Source: Octopus bimaculoides (taxonomy: Eukaryota). Taken from it: a stretch of 64,000 nt of DNA. How positions within the stretch are numbered: the stretch's first letter is position 1; every line of letters begins with the position of its first letter. Shown piece by piece: positions 21,501 to 35,649 of the stretch. The notes below the pieces were generated by a model that saw only the letters and a program-made list of their open reading frames with translations, was not told the DNA's origin and searched no databases. The position numbers and the translations under genes are program-made. The stretch lies in the NCBI RefSeq assembly GCF_001194135.2, contig NC_068982.1, forward strand, positions 27,837,841-27,901,840, given 5' to 3'.

Positions 21501-24500
21501 ATCCTTTAGTGACCTTTTAGACAATTTGAGATCTTTGTCATCGCATTAGAATTTTCCTATCTCTGGGAATTATGCTTTTCTGTTGGTTTGACATTCTCTA
21601 GAGCAAACTTACTGCATACATACTGCATAAAGACATATATATATATATATATATACATACATAAACTTACATGTTTACACGCACATGCATATATACACAC
21701 ACATTTATTCTCAGACACAAACATGTAACATGAATATAGACACACACATGCATATATAAAAGTAAGCATGAGTGTGTTGTGAGCTTGTGAATTTCCACAT
21801 GTCTGTATATTGTCACCGTATGAGCAAAAGCAGGGTTTAAGTTTCAAATAATATTTCCCCATAGTTTAGTGATTTTGTTGCATGTGAAACAAATGGAATA
21901 TGAATACTTTACTGGTATAAAACGAAATGGTGACAGGAAGGGCAACTGGCTATAAAATACTGCCTTAAACTTTTATCCAACCCAATGTAGCATGGAAGAA
22001 GTGGATGTAAAAATGCTGACTTATGAAGTTGAGAAGAATTTTGTTCAAAGAATGAATTTTAACAACATATCAAAAGCACAAAAGAAAAAAAATAAAGCAT
22101 TTAGAATTAATTGCGAAATGGTTCATTTAGCTTTTTCAGGTTTAGTAGACACATAACAGCTAACAGGATGAAGAGAGACTGTCTACTACCAATACCATAA
22201 CAAAATGTTTATAATGTGAAATCAACAGTCAAAACAAAATCATTCCAACTAATTAGAATGTTCTAAATTTTGAATTTTTGGAAAAAGAGACATTTATGAC
22301 TAATTGATAAAACCTTGAAATAGAAAGCCTACAAATGCTAAATATTCAGTGAATTTTATTTGAAGCTGATTATTCGCTCTGCTGCTACTCAGAGTTTCTT
22401 GCTGCATGCAGAATGAGAGAGAGAGAGTGCAAACACTTAAAACTTACAAGCCCCCCCCCCCCAAACAAATGGGATTAACTTCACCCATTTTAACAAATAT
22501 TGAGCAGATAATATTTAACAAATTTAACATTAACAACAAATTTACAAATATTAAATGCTTTACAGTTTGGAGGAGAGAAATCTCTTGAGCATAATCAGCA
22601 AATATCAACTTTCCCTCATATAAGGAGAAAAAAAAAACAAACAAACAAAAAATAACACACACACACACACAAAAAGACAAAATCAAAAATTAAAATTTTT
22701 TTTGTTAGTAATTTTAAAGGCTGGACAAATGGTAGATTCTTGAACTAAAAATACAGTATTTAGTTTTTCTCCTCCTACTTTCTGAGCTGCAGAATTTGAC
22801 TTTACCTTTTCAACTCTCTTGGGTTTGATAAAATATGCACCAAGCATATATTATAGTTGATTTTATCAACTATAAAATACTCTCACAAGAAATGTATGGT
22901 CTGTTTGAAGTCATTATGAAAACAAATCTAAAAAGAAGTATTGATCTAGATATATAAATAGCATTTTGCTTTGAACACAACACAAGGCTCAAGATAATAG
23001 AGATCAATATATTGCAGAAATTAATTTGAATGGCTGTGAAAATTGACAAATACCATTATTCTAATTAAATCAAATTTGGTAGTAACAAGATTTTCCAATA
23101 GTAATTTACCTACTTTTTGTATTATGAAAATAGTATGCAAAGTTCCAGTAGAATTCAAACTGTTTACTTCATTATGCCAGTCTGTAACCAATTTGGCCTT
23201 GTAGTCACAATCTTTAGAAACTGATAAATATAATGAACCAAGAAAGCCTTCTTTTGTGCTAATGGGGAAGGATGATTGACTTGCTAGAAATAGCAGCTGA
23301 ATCTCCCTGAATCATATACTATTATCTTGAATAAGGGAAAGCCACTAGATATTATAGCCCTAAACATATACTCCTAAAAAAAAAAAAAAATGAAATGGTC
23401 ATGGCTAGAACACCTTTGATTGATTACATTTGACAACAATAGGTAAATGTAAACTCCAGAACATAGCATAGATTTTATAAAATTTGACAATTCATTAAAT
23501 GAAGCAAAAACATGATAATTCCATTCTATTTTGTAAAGCCTACAAAATTAAAATATTTACTATTGTTTATATTTTAGGATGGTCATTTATTTTTCTTTTT
23601 GCTAAATAAACATGCACTATATACTCATCCTTCACTTCAGCTTCATTATTCTACTTATTTTAGTAGTCTTTGTCTGAACTCTTTCATCACACGTCTCCTG
23701 TTCTGTTTAATCCATTGTTTTTCTGTGGTGTGTATCCTTATCTATGCATGTGTCTGTATCTGTGTGTGTGTCTATGTGTGTTTTGTGTGCTGTAAATGGG
23801 TTTGCTTACTCTATTGTTTGTATGTGTTTTATTTAGTCTTTTATTTGTTTATTTACTTTTTGTTATTCCTTAAGTATGTGTGTGTATGGGTTTATGTATT
23901 ACACTGTATCTGTCTTTTTTCTTCTCTCATTCTGTCTGTAATCATGTTGTGTAGTATGGTGGAAGGGTGAATAAAGCTGAAGCAACAAACAAGTATATAG
24001 TGTATGTGGTTATTTAGTAAATAACAACAAAAAAAAAATTGACCATCCCGAAATATATCCGTTTCAACACACAATTCATACCAGGAATCTTCCAAAACAA
24101 ATACATAAATGTAAATATTTACTTTTTTAACCAAAGAAAATGTAATTACTTGGCTCCTAATTTTATAAAATAGTACACAACCAGTTATTCCTCCAAATCA
24201 CAAAAGAACAGTTATCATCAATGGCAAAAAATTAAAAACAAAAATTAGTTTCAGATGCTTAAAAAACCAATATTAAATATCAGTTTATACTGGCATGAAA
24301 GTAAAAAGTTAAAAAGCTACATCTGCCATACAAATAAGAAGCTAATCTACAAAAGATTTTTTTTTTAAGAAGAGAATGTAAATATATATTTTTCCTTTAA
24401 AGCAACATTATCAAAAATAAATAATTATATATCTACTCATCATGTAGTAGTTATATTTGAACCTCTTATCTATCAGTTTAATTCTAATAAAACCACTAAT

Positions 24501-25027
24501 TTTAATATTCATAAAGAAAATTCTATTTAACTTTCATATAATACTAAAGATAGTCGCTACTTGGAGTTTATATGCAGTTGCTCAACTGGCTGGAAATAGC
24601 AACTAAATCATTGAAATTATCAAGATAATGTGATCCAATGTGTACTGCAGTAAAACAGGAGGACAAGATGGTCATGACTGATACATAATATTGTAGGTCT
24701 CTCTGATCATGGCAGACTCGAGACTAAACATCACCATAGATTTGAGCTATACTTTTTTTAATTGTACATTTCAAATATTTCCTTAATTTCGGATTAACAA
24801 ATTTGAAAGCAATTTAGATTTTTTACTTCTGTGTAAGAGGCTGGCAAAAAGATCTAGGAGATACTATACAAAACAACTAGTTTCCCACAAAAACAAGGTT
24901 ATCTTTTGCATTAGTTTGCATTCATCCAGAGTAAAATAAAATTGAAAACTTGCTTTTTTTTTTTATTGCTTTAAAATTCCTCCCCAGCACAACTAAAGTT
25001 AAAACTTTAGTTCAGAATTTGACTTAC

Positions 25028-25104
25028 CTGAGAGCATGTACACAATATATGGCTCGGGGTACATTTTTCTTATCATAGATGTCAGTGGTTTCAGGATAAA
25101 ATAT
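25028..25104 (-). CDS. IQGAP: IQGAP coding exon (exon 5 equivalent), 77 nt: IFYPETTDIYDKKNVPRAIYCVHAL(S)
   Basis: Matches IFYPETTDIYDRKNMPRCIYCIHALS. Acceptor ttctcaattccag, donor gtaagt. Confidence 0.98.
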
Positions 25105-25749
25105 CTGGAATTGAGAAAAAATGTGTTATATAGAATATTTTAACAAAAAATACTATCTTATTAAGATATTCAAATTATTCTGCTAAGTGTAACATTTGTT
25201 TTTCTAGTCTATGTATCAAAACACACAAAGTTTTCCACATATTTTACATATATGAGCTTCATTTTGAATATTAACTTTTTTAGATAGGTAGCATTCTGCA
25301 TAACTTGTAAAATCACATCCCTATTTTACATAAAGAAAAAGGTAAAGAAGGAAGCATAATCAAAACTGAAGTTAATAGAAAGACACAACAGTGGTGTGAG
25401 CACGATGAATGCAAGGACAATATAGGAGAGAGCATGATGAATGAAAGGGCAATACAGAAGGATCTGATGACACTGTCAAAAAATGGAATGGGACCAGGGT
25501 AATAATGATCTTGAATTGTCTACTAACACGTGATAGTCAATGAAAGAACCAATCACAACTAAGTTATCAAAAGGTTCAATTATATGCAACAGTTATCAAA
25601 AAAATCGAGATGCAAATTTATTTTTAGAGTATCATCCTTTTATGAAAGGGTTTGCACAAAGACAAATTCAAGAACACTGGCATATATAGCATTCACTAAT
25701 ACAAAGTAGCATGAAAGTGCTACTTTATAACATTAGACATTATCATTTG

Positions 25750-25937
25750 TAGTAATCCCTTGACCATCACGGGTGTTACATTCTAAAACCCTTGCGATAG
25801 GTGAAAATCCAAAGTAGAAACAGTACTGTATATTTTTATTATTTTATTATATAAATGAAAAACAACCATGGGGGAATAGATGTAAGCTTAAATAATAAAC
25901 CATGATAGGTAAATCGCGATATGACAAGGGATTACTG
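25750..25937. mobile_element. pogo/Tigger-like MITE, copy 1
   Basis: TIRs (c)agtaatcccttgaccat / atgacaagggattactg; same body as copy 2 (gataggtgaaaatcc.aagtagaaacagtactgta). Confidence 0.85.
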
Positions 25938-26866
25938 CACATAACTTTTCCCCCCAGATAGCCATGACCCTTGATAAAAGCTAAACTGCAGTTTACCTCT
26001 AATAGTACCAACAAAAAGTCATTTTAAATGCTATTATCTTAAAATTGTGGAGTTTACAATAAAAATTATACAAGCAATTTTGGATTAGAATCTACTTTAT
26101 AGTAAAGTTAAGAATATACGTGTATGCATGCACAAGTCTATGTCATTCTGACCTATTTATGAGACAGCACCCTTTCACATGTCAGTGCCCACTAGACACT
26201 ACAAAACTTGAAATACTTTTAGCCTATTTCTCACTTTCAAACCCAATATGACCAGCTATTCTGGTCTCTCCCATAACTAAAAACAATGTCTAATAATTGC
26301 GTAATCAAGCCAACCTGTATAACATCCTAACACACAACAAGCCCCATACTTCACAAATCATCTTGTAGTTCAAGTATGCTTACTCGTCTCTCTCTCTCTT
26401 CTCAGTAACCAACAGTACAGTTTCCATAAAGCCAAATCTACTGGCTTTATGGGGACTTTGATGAAACCAATTATTTTTCTATTGCACCAATAAAATCTTT
26501 GAACGTCATGAGAATCTCCTTGTACAATGACCCAAATCTATCATGCAGCCTAACTGTTTGACTCTTTCTGTGCTTGAATGGGATGTTTGCTCTTTTCCAT
26601 GCACACCCATAGTAACGACACGGTTCTCTAATTTTTGCAAACATATCCTTTTACCAGTTTTGCACTACCTTGAACAGAAAGCTCAAAAACATCTTCTAGT
26701 GGAGACATGGGGAGTTATAGCTTCAAGATCACTTGGACATAATCACTATGAATACCAAGGAACCAGTCATGCACTACATTCTCCTTATGTAGTAACAACA
26801 CCACTAAAAACTCTTGAAATCGCTGTAAATGTTAGAACTCATTATCTGATAACTTTTCATAACTCC

Positions 26867-26900
<34 letters not shown>

Positions 26901-27329
26901 GCTAAAACAACAACCAGGTCACTAGGTCTCCTCTTGAAGTTCAGGAAATATTTCAGCACTAATTAGTTGCTCACTCACTAACAAAGCTGAAATATAACTA
27001 TATTAGAGTGTTGCCAACATATCTGGGATATTGCTTGTACTATTGGAGCATTATAAACAAGTCTAGGATAGTGGTTGTGCTTTATACACACACACACACA
27101 CAAATATTGAAGTGGTGTTAACATAGTGATTATACTATACAGACAACATTTTACACAACATAAAAAATAAAAAAACTTTAGCTGATTGGCAAATGTTCAC
27201 AAATTCACTTCAATCTCAGAGTTGTCCATCTCTTTTACCATTACTACAAAAGCTCTGTCCCTGAGAGCTATTAAAAAAGTTTTATTACCATTTAATGTTC
27301 TTGTAGTTTGTATTTTCTTATCTTTAATA

Positions 27330-27725
27330 TATGGGCTGTGCGACTAAAAAATCCACTTTGGACTCGCAGAAAGGTTCAGTTCCACTGTGTGGATGTTGTC
27401 AACTGGTATCTACTATAGCCATGGATTGACCAATACAGCGATCCCTTGACTATCGTGAGTATTACGATACCAAAACCCCTTGTGATAGGTGAAAATCCGA
27501 AGTAGAAACAGTACTGTACAGTATTTTTTTTTTTTATTATTCTTATAATTTGTATATATTTATTTTATTATAAATGCAAAACAACACCACAGAGGAATCG
27601 ATGTAAGCTCAAATAATAAACTGTGATAGGTGAACCGTGATATGGCGAGGGATTACTGTACCTTGTAAGTGAATTCGATAGGTGGAAACTAGAAGAAGCC
27701 AACCACATTTGTGTGTGTGTGTATG
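27330..27725 (+). mobile_element. tRNA-derived SINE interrupted by a MITE
   Basis: Head ..aggttcagttccactgtgtgg..ctactatagcc..gaccaa | MITE | ccttgtaagtgaatt..ggaaactagaagaagcc + (GT)n. Confidence 0.75.
27436..27658. mobile_element. pogo/Tigger-like MITE, copy 2, with TA target-site duplication
   Basis: TA|cagcgatcccttgactatc ... gatatggcgagggattactg|TA (TA at 27434-27435 and 27659-27660). Confidence 0.9.
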
Positions 27726-27753
27726 AAAATGAGTGCATATAACTCCGATAAGT

Positions 27754-27965
27754 GGAGGCGCAATGGCCCAGTGGTTAGGGCAGTGGACTCGCGGTCATAG
27801 GATCGCGGTCTCGATTTCCAGAGAGCAAAAACACCTAAAGCTCCACGAGGCTCCAGCAGGGGATGGTGGTGAACCCTGCTGTACTCTTTCACCACAACTT
27901 TCTCTCACTCTTACTTCCTGTTTCTGTTGTGCCTGTATTTCAAAGTGTCAGCCTTGTCACACTAT
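27754..27965 (+). mobile_element. Young CpG-retaining tRNA-derived SINE of a second family (Pol III A/B boxes)
   Basis: A-box tggcccagtgg and B-box-like ggtctcgatttcc, followed by a non-tRNA body (aaaacacctaaagctccacgaggctcc..ccctgctgtactctttcacc). Confidence 0.8.
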
Positions 27966-28257
27966 GCCAACCATAACTCCAATATGTGCATTGATTATAA
28001 ACAAAACTTCAAACAGTATCATTTATTTGCAATCTACCAGAAAAATATGTCTAGCTTTCTTCACAAGTCTTGATGTGTGTATGTTGATTATAAACAAACC
28101 TTCACAATTCACACAGTCATTTCTTTGCAGTCCCCTTGCAAAAGCATGTCTGAGATCTTTATTACTTGATAAACTGGGGGAACATCAACAGCCTGGATGA
28201 ATGTAGTCCAAGTGAAGGTGGAATGCAAGTTACAGATACTTGTGGTGGAAAATAGCT

Positions 28258-28399
28258 ATTGAGAGAGAGAGAGGAAAAGAGAGAAAGAGAGAGGAAGGGA
28301 GGGGGGAGAGAGAGAAAGGGAGGGGGAGAGAGAGAAAGGGAGGGGGAGAGAGAGAGAGAGAGAAAGAGAGANNNNNNNNNNGAGAGAGAAAGGGAGGGG

Positions 28400-28440
<41 letters not shown>

Positions 28441-28441
28441 C
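28258..28441. repeat. (GA)n / about 20-bp agggggagagagagaaaggg purine repeat spanning a gap
   Basis: Direct inspection. Confidence 0.9.
28372..28381. other. Assembly gap (10 N)
   Basis: N run inside the GA repeat. Confidence 1.
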
Positions 28442-29812
28442 GACTGTCAGGAGGATTTGAGAAGAGGTAGATATAAACTCCCTAATCGAAAGTCTGAGCC
28501 TTACAGATCACAAGGCTGAACTATAGGATACTGCAGATCTTTCTAACCTAAACCAACTTGGTAAAAACAGGTTAATATATTGAGTGATTACAACAGGTTA
28601 CTAATGTTAATAAAAAATTTGTAGTAATTGTGGCACTAGTTAATATTACTTTCATGTATATTTTTTTCATGAATCTCTATTTGCTGTTAATGTTCATAGA
28701 AATAAAACAACTTTAGGGCTAATCTGAACTAACCGAAAATAGGGTTAATTTAAACCAAGATGTATTCTTGCACCTATTGAGTATTTATGTTTTGACTGAA
28801 ATGTATGCAGAAGAACTGGCTAGCTAAGTGCCAGCTGTATATCTATAAAAATTATGTACATGTATCTAAACACTAACAAATTTGTACTTTAGAAAACTGG
28901 ACATCTGCATTTCACAAACTAAACAGTAAAATCTAGTTTTTCCAGTTTCCTTTGACTGTGGTGATTTTCTTTAAGTTGTTTGGTGGGTTTGGAAGTAGGA
29001 AAGAAAAGATGAGAAATCACAGGAGATATTAAAGTAAGATAAAATTGACAAGAAAGTAAAACAAAAACTGAGACCAACAAAATAAAATAAATAGAAAAAC
29101 TAAATTTGTACTCTCAGTGATGCTAATTTTATTTCAGATGATGTTGAAATATTTGTCTAGTTTTTCACATTGGATTCATTAGATAAAGCTGCTATAATTT
29201 TAGAAATTTCTTTTATATAAAAGAAAAAAAAAATTCAATCCATTCTTAATTGTTTAACAATTTTTTTAAGAAAGCACAACATGCAGATATAATAAATCCA
29301 CATGCTAAATCCAGTTTTGATTTCATTGTGAAGAAAATCATTTCCAACTTCAGTTTTCAAATGATGTCCTAACATAAAATAAAATGATTTCATTCTTAGA
29401 ATTGTTAACTGTTTTGTGACTATAATTCTAACAGAATACCATTTTATTTTTTAAGTAATCAAAAATTTAAGGATTTAAAAGCATAAAATACTTTTCTGCT
29501 GTTTAGAACAACATAAAAGATGTTCAATTAAAATCTTACATTGTTTCCATGTCATAATGAGATTTTGTTTGAAATATTTTAATTAAATATCAACACTTAA
29601 TTTGCCTTGTCTTTGTCAGGTAGGTATTGACAAAGTTAAAGAAATTATAAAAAGTATTAATTTTTGCAAGACAAAGATATATTAAAATTACTTGCAATAT
29701 GACAAATGAAATAGAAGTGCTAGAAAAAAAAGTGTGCATGTTTAAGTCTATCTGCTTCAGTGAGAATGAAATTGGCAAAAATTCAATAAATTACTGAGAT
29801 AAGTTCCCTTAC

Positions 29813-29890
29813 CGGAGGAAGACCAATTTCTTCCATAGCAGTGAGCCAGTGGTTGATATTATCGGTATGTCTGAAATGGAGACCAGTGGC
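29813..29890 (-). CDS. IQGAP: IQGAP coding exon (exon 4 equivalent), 78 nt: ATGLHFRHTDNINHWLTAMEEIGLPP
   Basis: GLHFRHTDN motif of the IQGAP CH domain. Acceptor ttttccttgcag, donor gtaagg; phase 0/0. Confidence 0.98.
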
Positions 29891-30199
29891 CTGCAAGGAA
29901 AAATATATTAATTAGCTAATTTGTAGATTTCCCAATTGGCAAGTTATCAAACATTTTATAGACATCTATAAAAAAAGTTTATTAATAAATTAATGTGTTC
30001 ATACATACACAAACTACAATGAAATACATATGTTCATACCACACCATATGAACATATGTATAAATATTAACAAGGTATCACCAAATCAAATGAGTGGAGG
30101 ATATATTTCATTATTCGAAGTATTTGAAATCCAGATAGAAATAGATCAGTAATATATTTGCAATGAAGTTTAATGACCTCTCACTTTCTTTTCCAGTTT

Positions 30200-30810
30200 C
30201 CATAACAAATTTTCTCATCACTATCATCACCATTTAACCCTTTAGTATTCAGATTGTTCTGAATTAATCTTTGATTATCTTGTAGCTTTGCGATTTACAT
30301 GATCTGAATGTTATGCTTAAAATGTCATTGCAGGATGGATGGGAGAGGCTGGATCTGGCCTGTTTGAACTTAAAATAGGTAAAAAAAAAATTTGGCCAGA
30401 TATGGCTGGTTTAAATGCTAAAGGGTTAATATCCACTTTTTCATGCTTGCATTGGTCACATATTGAAGCAAATTTTCTATAACCAGATGCCCTACTTGAT
30501 GCCAGTCCTCACTTGCTTCCAAGCAAGGTAATATTTCTCCATGATCAGACAGGTTTTCAGGAAAGATTAGAGGACACCTCTTATATGATGTTAATGCATG
30601 TTTATAACTATCATGTGATATCAAAACAAAAAAACACATACACTTAGACACCCATTTACTACATACATGATGGGCTTCTTTCAGTTTCTATCTACCAAAA
30701 TCCACTTACAAGATGGCCATCCTGGGGCTATAGTACAAGACACTTGTCTAAGGCACCACACTGGTATTGAACCTGTAACTACATGAATAGGAATTGATTG
30801 TAACCATACA
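30200..30810 (-). mobile_element. tRNA-derived SINE, with its tail interrupted by a TTAA MITE
   Basis: Reverse-complement head at 30660-30810 (gggcttctttcagtttc..caagacacttgtctaaggcaccacac..ggtattgaacc), tail at 30430-30600, and (CAT)n end at about 30215-30233. Confidence 0.8.
30234..30429 (-). mobile_element. TTAA-flanked piggyBac-like MITE (family A)
   Basis: TTAA|ccctttagtattc ... aatgctaaaggg|TTAA. Confidence 0.9.
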
Positions 30811-33800
30811 GCAATACACTTGTGCATACACAGTTGGTCTTAATGTACACCTCAACTCCCTCTCTATATCTCTCTCACACCTCAGCACAGCTTCCACCCA
30901 CATCCCCACAACTAACATTAAGCCTTCCTTTGACCCTAAGTCCTCCCATTGACTGCTATAGGTCAGAGATTCTAAGATAACTGGTCTACTGCCCTACCAT
31001 TCAAACAGCCAACCACCCAGTTTACCTTAGCTGAAGTAACCATTTGAACAGACAATTGAACAAGCAATCAATATTTTCTCAAATATTTGATAATGATATT
31101 TTTTTTAAAATTTATAAAACTGGCAAAAGCCATTCACGATAAAAATAGCAAAGATAGCATTAAAAATCTAAAAATGAAATTTTTAAAAAATATGCATTAT
31201 CTAAATTGCTAAGAGACCCGAATCACCCACAATATATAAAACCAAGAAAATTATATACATGTCTTGAGTTCTACTTTGTTTGCATCACCCAACATATACA
31301 TACATTATATACGTGTGTGTGTGTGTGTGTGTGAGAGTAAAGGATTGTTCAAGAGTCCCTTTAGTTTTTATATGATACATAATTTTTTAATTTTCATACA
31401 ATTTTATACACATTACAAATTAGCATAATAGATAACTAAATAAGGTACTGGACTCCGGTGTATTGCACTGTGAGTATGTCAAAAATGCTTTGAATATAAA
31501 GATAAAGCTTATGTTTAAATCTCTAAGATACAATAGCCAAAATTAGCAAGATATAGGACACCAAGTTTCTATATCAAATGAACATTTTATATTTATCACA
31601 AAAACAAAGCTATATTTAGTTAGACTTTCAAGGTAGTTAATGAAATAATTACTTATATCTTTAATATAATTTTTCCAAGATTAAATTGCTAAATTTATTT
31701 TAAGAAAACTGTTGGCTATTATTATGGCAATATTTACTGTAAGAAATAATTATTTCCAAACTGCTTGTTAAAACATTGCAATTAGTAAAATAACAAACTA
31801 AATAAATAATAAAACAACTCAGTTTTCAAAATCTAATTTTGAAAATAAAAATGATTCAATGCAAAACAATTTTACAGGTTCTTTAAAACAACATCACCTA
31901 AGCTAGTGTTAAAAATTCCTGTCCAAAGCATTCTCAATATACTTATGTTTGATCTACACCAAAAAAAAAAAAAAAAAAAGCTTAAATGTTCACTTTTTAA
32001 ATTGTTTATTGTTCTACTTTTAAATCATACCATTCATATTATGTTAGGGTAGAATATTTTTCTTAGAGACTTCAAAACCACCTTCAACACATTTGCTTAC
32101 ATTCACTAAACCTATGTAAACAAAGAAAGCAAATTCAGAATACTTAAGTACAAAACCAATAACATTTAAGTCTTAACTTACACAACATTAAATTAAGCAT
32201 CACTTTAAACTCTTTAACTGCAAAATTAAATTCCATGGCTATTCCAGTACTGATGTTAAATATCTATAAAAAAAATAGAACTGGTATTTTCTGCAAGTTA
32301 CATTGCCTCAATAAAGTTTGACATATCTCAACAATAAACAGTTTCAAACAGGATACTGCTCATTGAAATAGATCTTGGTGTACAAACTACTTTCTGCAGT
32401 TAGGGGCAATGAGATTTTGAGAGGATGCATCTGATTTTTGAAGTCAAAGGGTTAAACTCTAAAATACTATTTTCCAATGCTGAACTGAAACAGTTTCCAC
32501 AAACTTTATTCCTTTACAGAAGTCACTTCACAATTCCTAAAAGAAAATGGAATGTTGTCTTTTGCAAGTATCAAATTGTTCTTACATAATCTAAACTTAG
32601 AAACTACATCAGTATGATGGATCTGTGAAATCAATCAATTTTATGAGACAATTCTTTTTGAGCACTTCTATCAAACCACATTTGTGTTGACTATTTCATT
32701 TTTGAAATACAAATCTAAATTTACTAATGCAAAGAATGGTTTCATAATAATAAAAAAAAAGGTTGTCATTTAGCTAGCACAGAAAAATTGATAACATAAT
32801 TATATATGCACATATAAGGAAGAAAAAGCTACTAATATACATAAATATATTAGAAATGCATATGCAAATAAAAAATATATAACTTTTTTTAAATATTTAA
32901 AACCAGACAATGTATTTTAAAAAATTACAATCTCTGACATTTCTGTAAACATTTACTTCACAAAAAACAAAACAAAAAAAAACATACCATCTTTCTTACA
33001 TTTAAGAATTAGCCTATATGAGACCCTTTTCTGATAAACATTTAAGAACCATTCTAGCTAAATTAGAGATTATAGATAGATTATCTAGATGTAATATCAA
33101 AACCAGTTACTATGATAGACATGCATCATCCTTCAACAATAAATAACAGAAGAAAGCAATCATATTCTAATTAACAATATTACATTTTATACTTGCATGT
33201 GAAAACTTTCAAAAGATACAATATAAAAATCATAAAATATTTATCAAATTCTAAACAGTAGATTCTAAAGCAAATGGTTAATTTTGATATTTCAAATCTC
33301 AATGTAAGAATATGTCAAAAGAAATCACTCTTGGCACAGGCTAATACCTCACAAATTCAACAAAAATATCAAGTTATCTCTTAGTTAATCAAGGCAATAA
33401 TACCAGTCAAAAAGAACTTCAAATTCTGATGCACAGCATCTTAGGGAAAAAAAAGTCTGAATGATAAAGCTCATAGTCAAATTGAAGTCATTGTCAAAAA
33501 TATATCTCTTAATAATTTAAAGAGAGAATTGACAGCCAGAAGCAAGAATTTTCAGAAGGCTATGGTAAACAACGTCATTTGAAAAGTGTTAATAGAAAGT
33601 TAATAAACATCTGTTTCCAAGAGTTTCTGTAATATTAAGAAACTTAGATATAATCAATAATACCCAAAATGAAATGCTAAGTAAGTATATTTATCAGTTA
33701 ATTGCACACAATGTTGAGATAGATCAAACATTAGGGACTATTACTGGAAATATCAGATAATTGCATGGACATCTGAAAAAGAATTTATTCTGAAAATAGT

Positions 33801-34424
33801 ATATAGCTCATCTGGTAAAACTCTCATAACATTAATAGAATCTAATTGATTACATAATAGAATGTGGATTCCATATCGAAAATCATTTCAGTTATAGATT
33901 CTGCAGCTAATGCTTATGAAACAAGCATAAAACATCAGAATATTTCATTTCCATTCAAAGATATAAACCCATTGAGCTTAATGGAATAAATAAAATTAAT
34001 AGTTTGAAGTTTTACAACAATAGCTAAATGGGATACAAAAGGACTAAAGTTGTGTTTTACCTCTTTGTTCAAGATAATGAATAAATCTCTAAATGCAACA
34101 AGCCTCTAATTTTTTCTAAGATTTTGAGATGTTCCTAGCTGTACATTGGATAATCAAAAACCCTGCATACAAAACTATATACGAAGAGATTTTCTAAGTT
34201 TATGAGAGCACACAAGAGAAATGAAAGTAATTTCTATGGTAACACAGCGATATGCAGTTAAAAAATAGTAAGAGTAAAGACCCAAGTAAAAAATGCTACT
34301 TAATACAAATTACAGAAATTTGTTAATTTCATTTGGCTTAATCTTATCTGATAATTTAAAATAACGAATGTCTTGGAGCTGGATAAATAGTAGCTTATAA
34401 GCCTACTGCCAAATGCAATTAGCA

Positions 34425-34548
34425 AGCATGGCTATGTGGTTAAGAAGTTCACTACTCAAGTGTGATTTTGGATGCAGTTCCAATCTGCAGTATCCAGGGA
34501 ATATACCTTGTGTGTGAAATTTGGTAAATGGAAGATGTATGAAGCCAA

Positions 34549-34599
<51 letters not shown>

Positions 34600-34610
34600 C
34601 GTGCGTGTGG
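34425..34610 (+). mobile_element. tRNA-derived SINE head plus long (GT)n at 34551-34608
   Basis: gcatggctatgtggttaagaag..ggatgcagttcc..tttggtaaatggaagatgtatgaagcc then (GT)n. Confidence 0.7.
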
Positions 34611-34994
34611 GCTTACATTCTATATTGAGGTGCAAACAGTAACTAGCCGTCTAGCTCTGTCCATTCAAAGGCATGGGGAATAAAAAAAATGAAAAGTCCT
34701 TTATTTGAAAAGACAAGTAATCATTAGTGATAGGAAAGACATCTTGCTTCAGTGTTATGTATTCATCTAATTCATGATAACATGGAAAAACAGACATTAT
34801 ATCAGGCTCATCTCAATGTTTATTGGCAGCAGTTTAAGTTTGATTTCCTTTCCTTGTGTCGAAAAGAGAAACTGGATAATAGGAAGAGAAGCAAGTATTG
34901 TTCCTATGGAGTGCCTTCATATCTTGTACAAAACACAATATCAAAATTTCTCTTAATTGCACTATAAATTATAATAGTCAGTTCTGAGGATTTA

Positions 34995-35190
34995 TTATCA
35001 TCATTTAACATCTGTGTTCCGTGCTGGCAGAGGGTGGATGGTTTGGTAGGATCCGATATGTCCAAGGACTGCATTGAGGTCTGGCTGGATGTCCTTCCTA
35101 ATACCAACCACTTCGCATCATGGACTGGGTGCTTTTTTCATGCCAGCTGCACCATTGAGGTTGCTATGCAGCTTGCAGAACTACAAACCC
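34995..35190 (-). mobile_element. RTE/SINE 3' tail
   Basis: catcatttaacatc..tgctggca..ggatggtttg..ggctggatgtccttcctaataccaaccac is the reverse complement of the common tail. Confidence 0.7.
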
Positions 35191-35649
35191 TGGGGAAGGG
35201 GAGTCAGTTTTATGTTAGGGGACAAGGGGAATGATCTATGAGTAGTGGGAGGAGGTGCAATAGTGGTTCTAGAAGAGGATCTGCATGACTATTCACTTCT
35301 AATAGGGGAAGGGGAGAGAAAAAGAAAATGAACAGTAGAAGCTGCAAGAGACAGACAAACATCAATAAGGTGCCTAGGCACAAGCTGTGTTAAAAAACTG
35401 TATAGGAAGGAGAATGAGGGGATGGGAAGGCAGGCTACCAAAATGGATAGTGTTGAAAGGTGGATGAGCAAAGAGCCACAAATTGGGGAAGATAGAGTGA
35501 TGTAGAAGAAAGTGGTGGGGTGAGCTGCTGGGGTAGTAAAGATGAAACAATTGTCAGGAAGATGAGAAGAGGCTGACCTAATGCAGAGGTGGTGGTGGTG
35601 AGTCACTGTAAGATGGGTGAAGAGTACAATACATAATACTCCCAAAACT

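Noticed and set aside
22851-22875. Perfect 11-bp hairpin ttatagttgat-ttt-atcaactataa
   Set aside because: AT-rich and short; expected by chance at this composition.
26400-26860. Possible LINE RT relic (QQYSFHKAKST, resembling QxGFRxxRST)
   Set aside because: A single weak motif with nothing collinear after it.
27754-27830. tRNA-like sequence with A and B boxes
   Set aside because: No closing acceptor stem, and it runs into a SINE body; it is a SINE head, not a tRNA gene.
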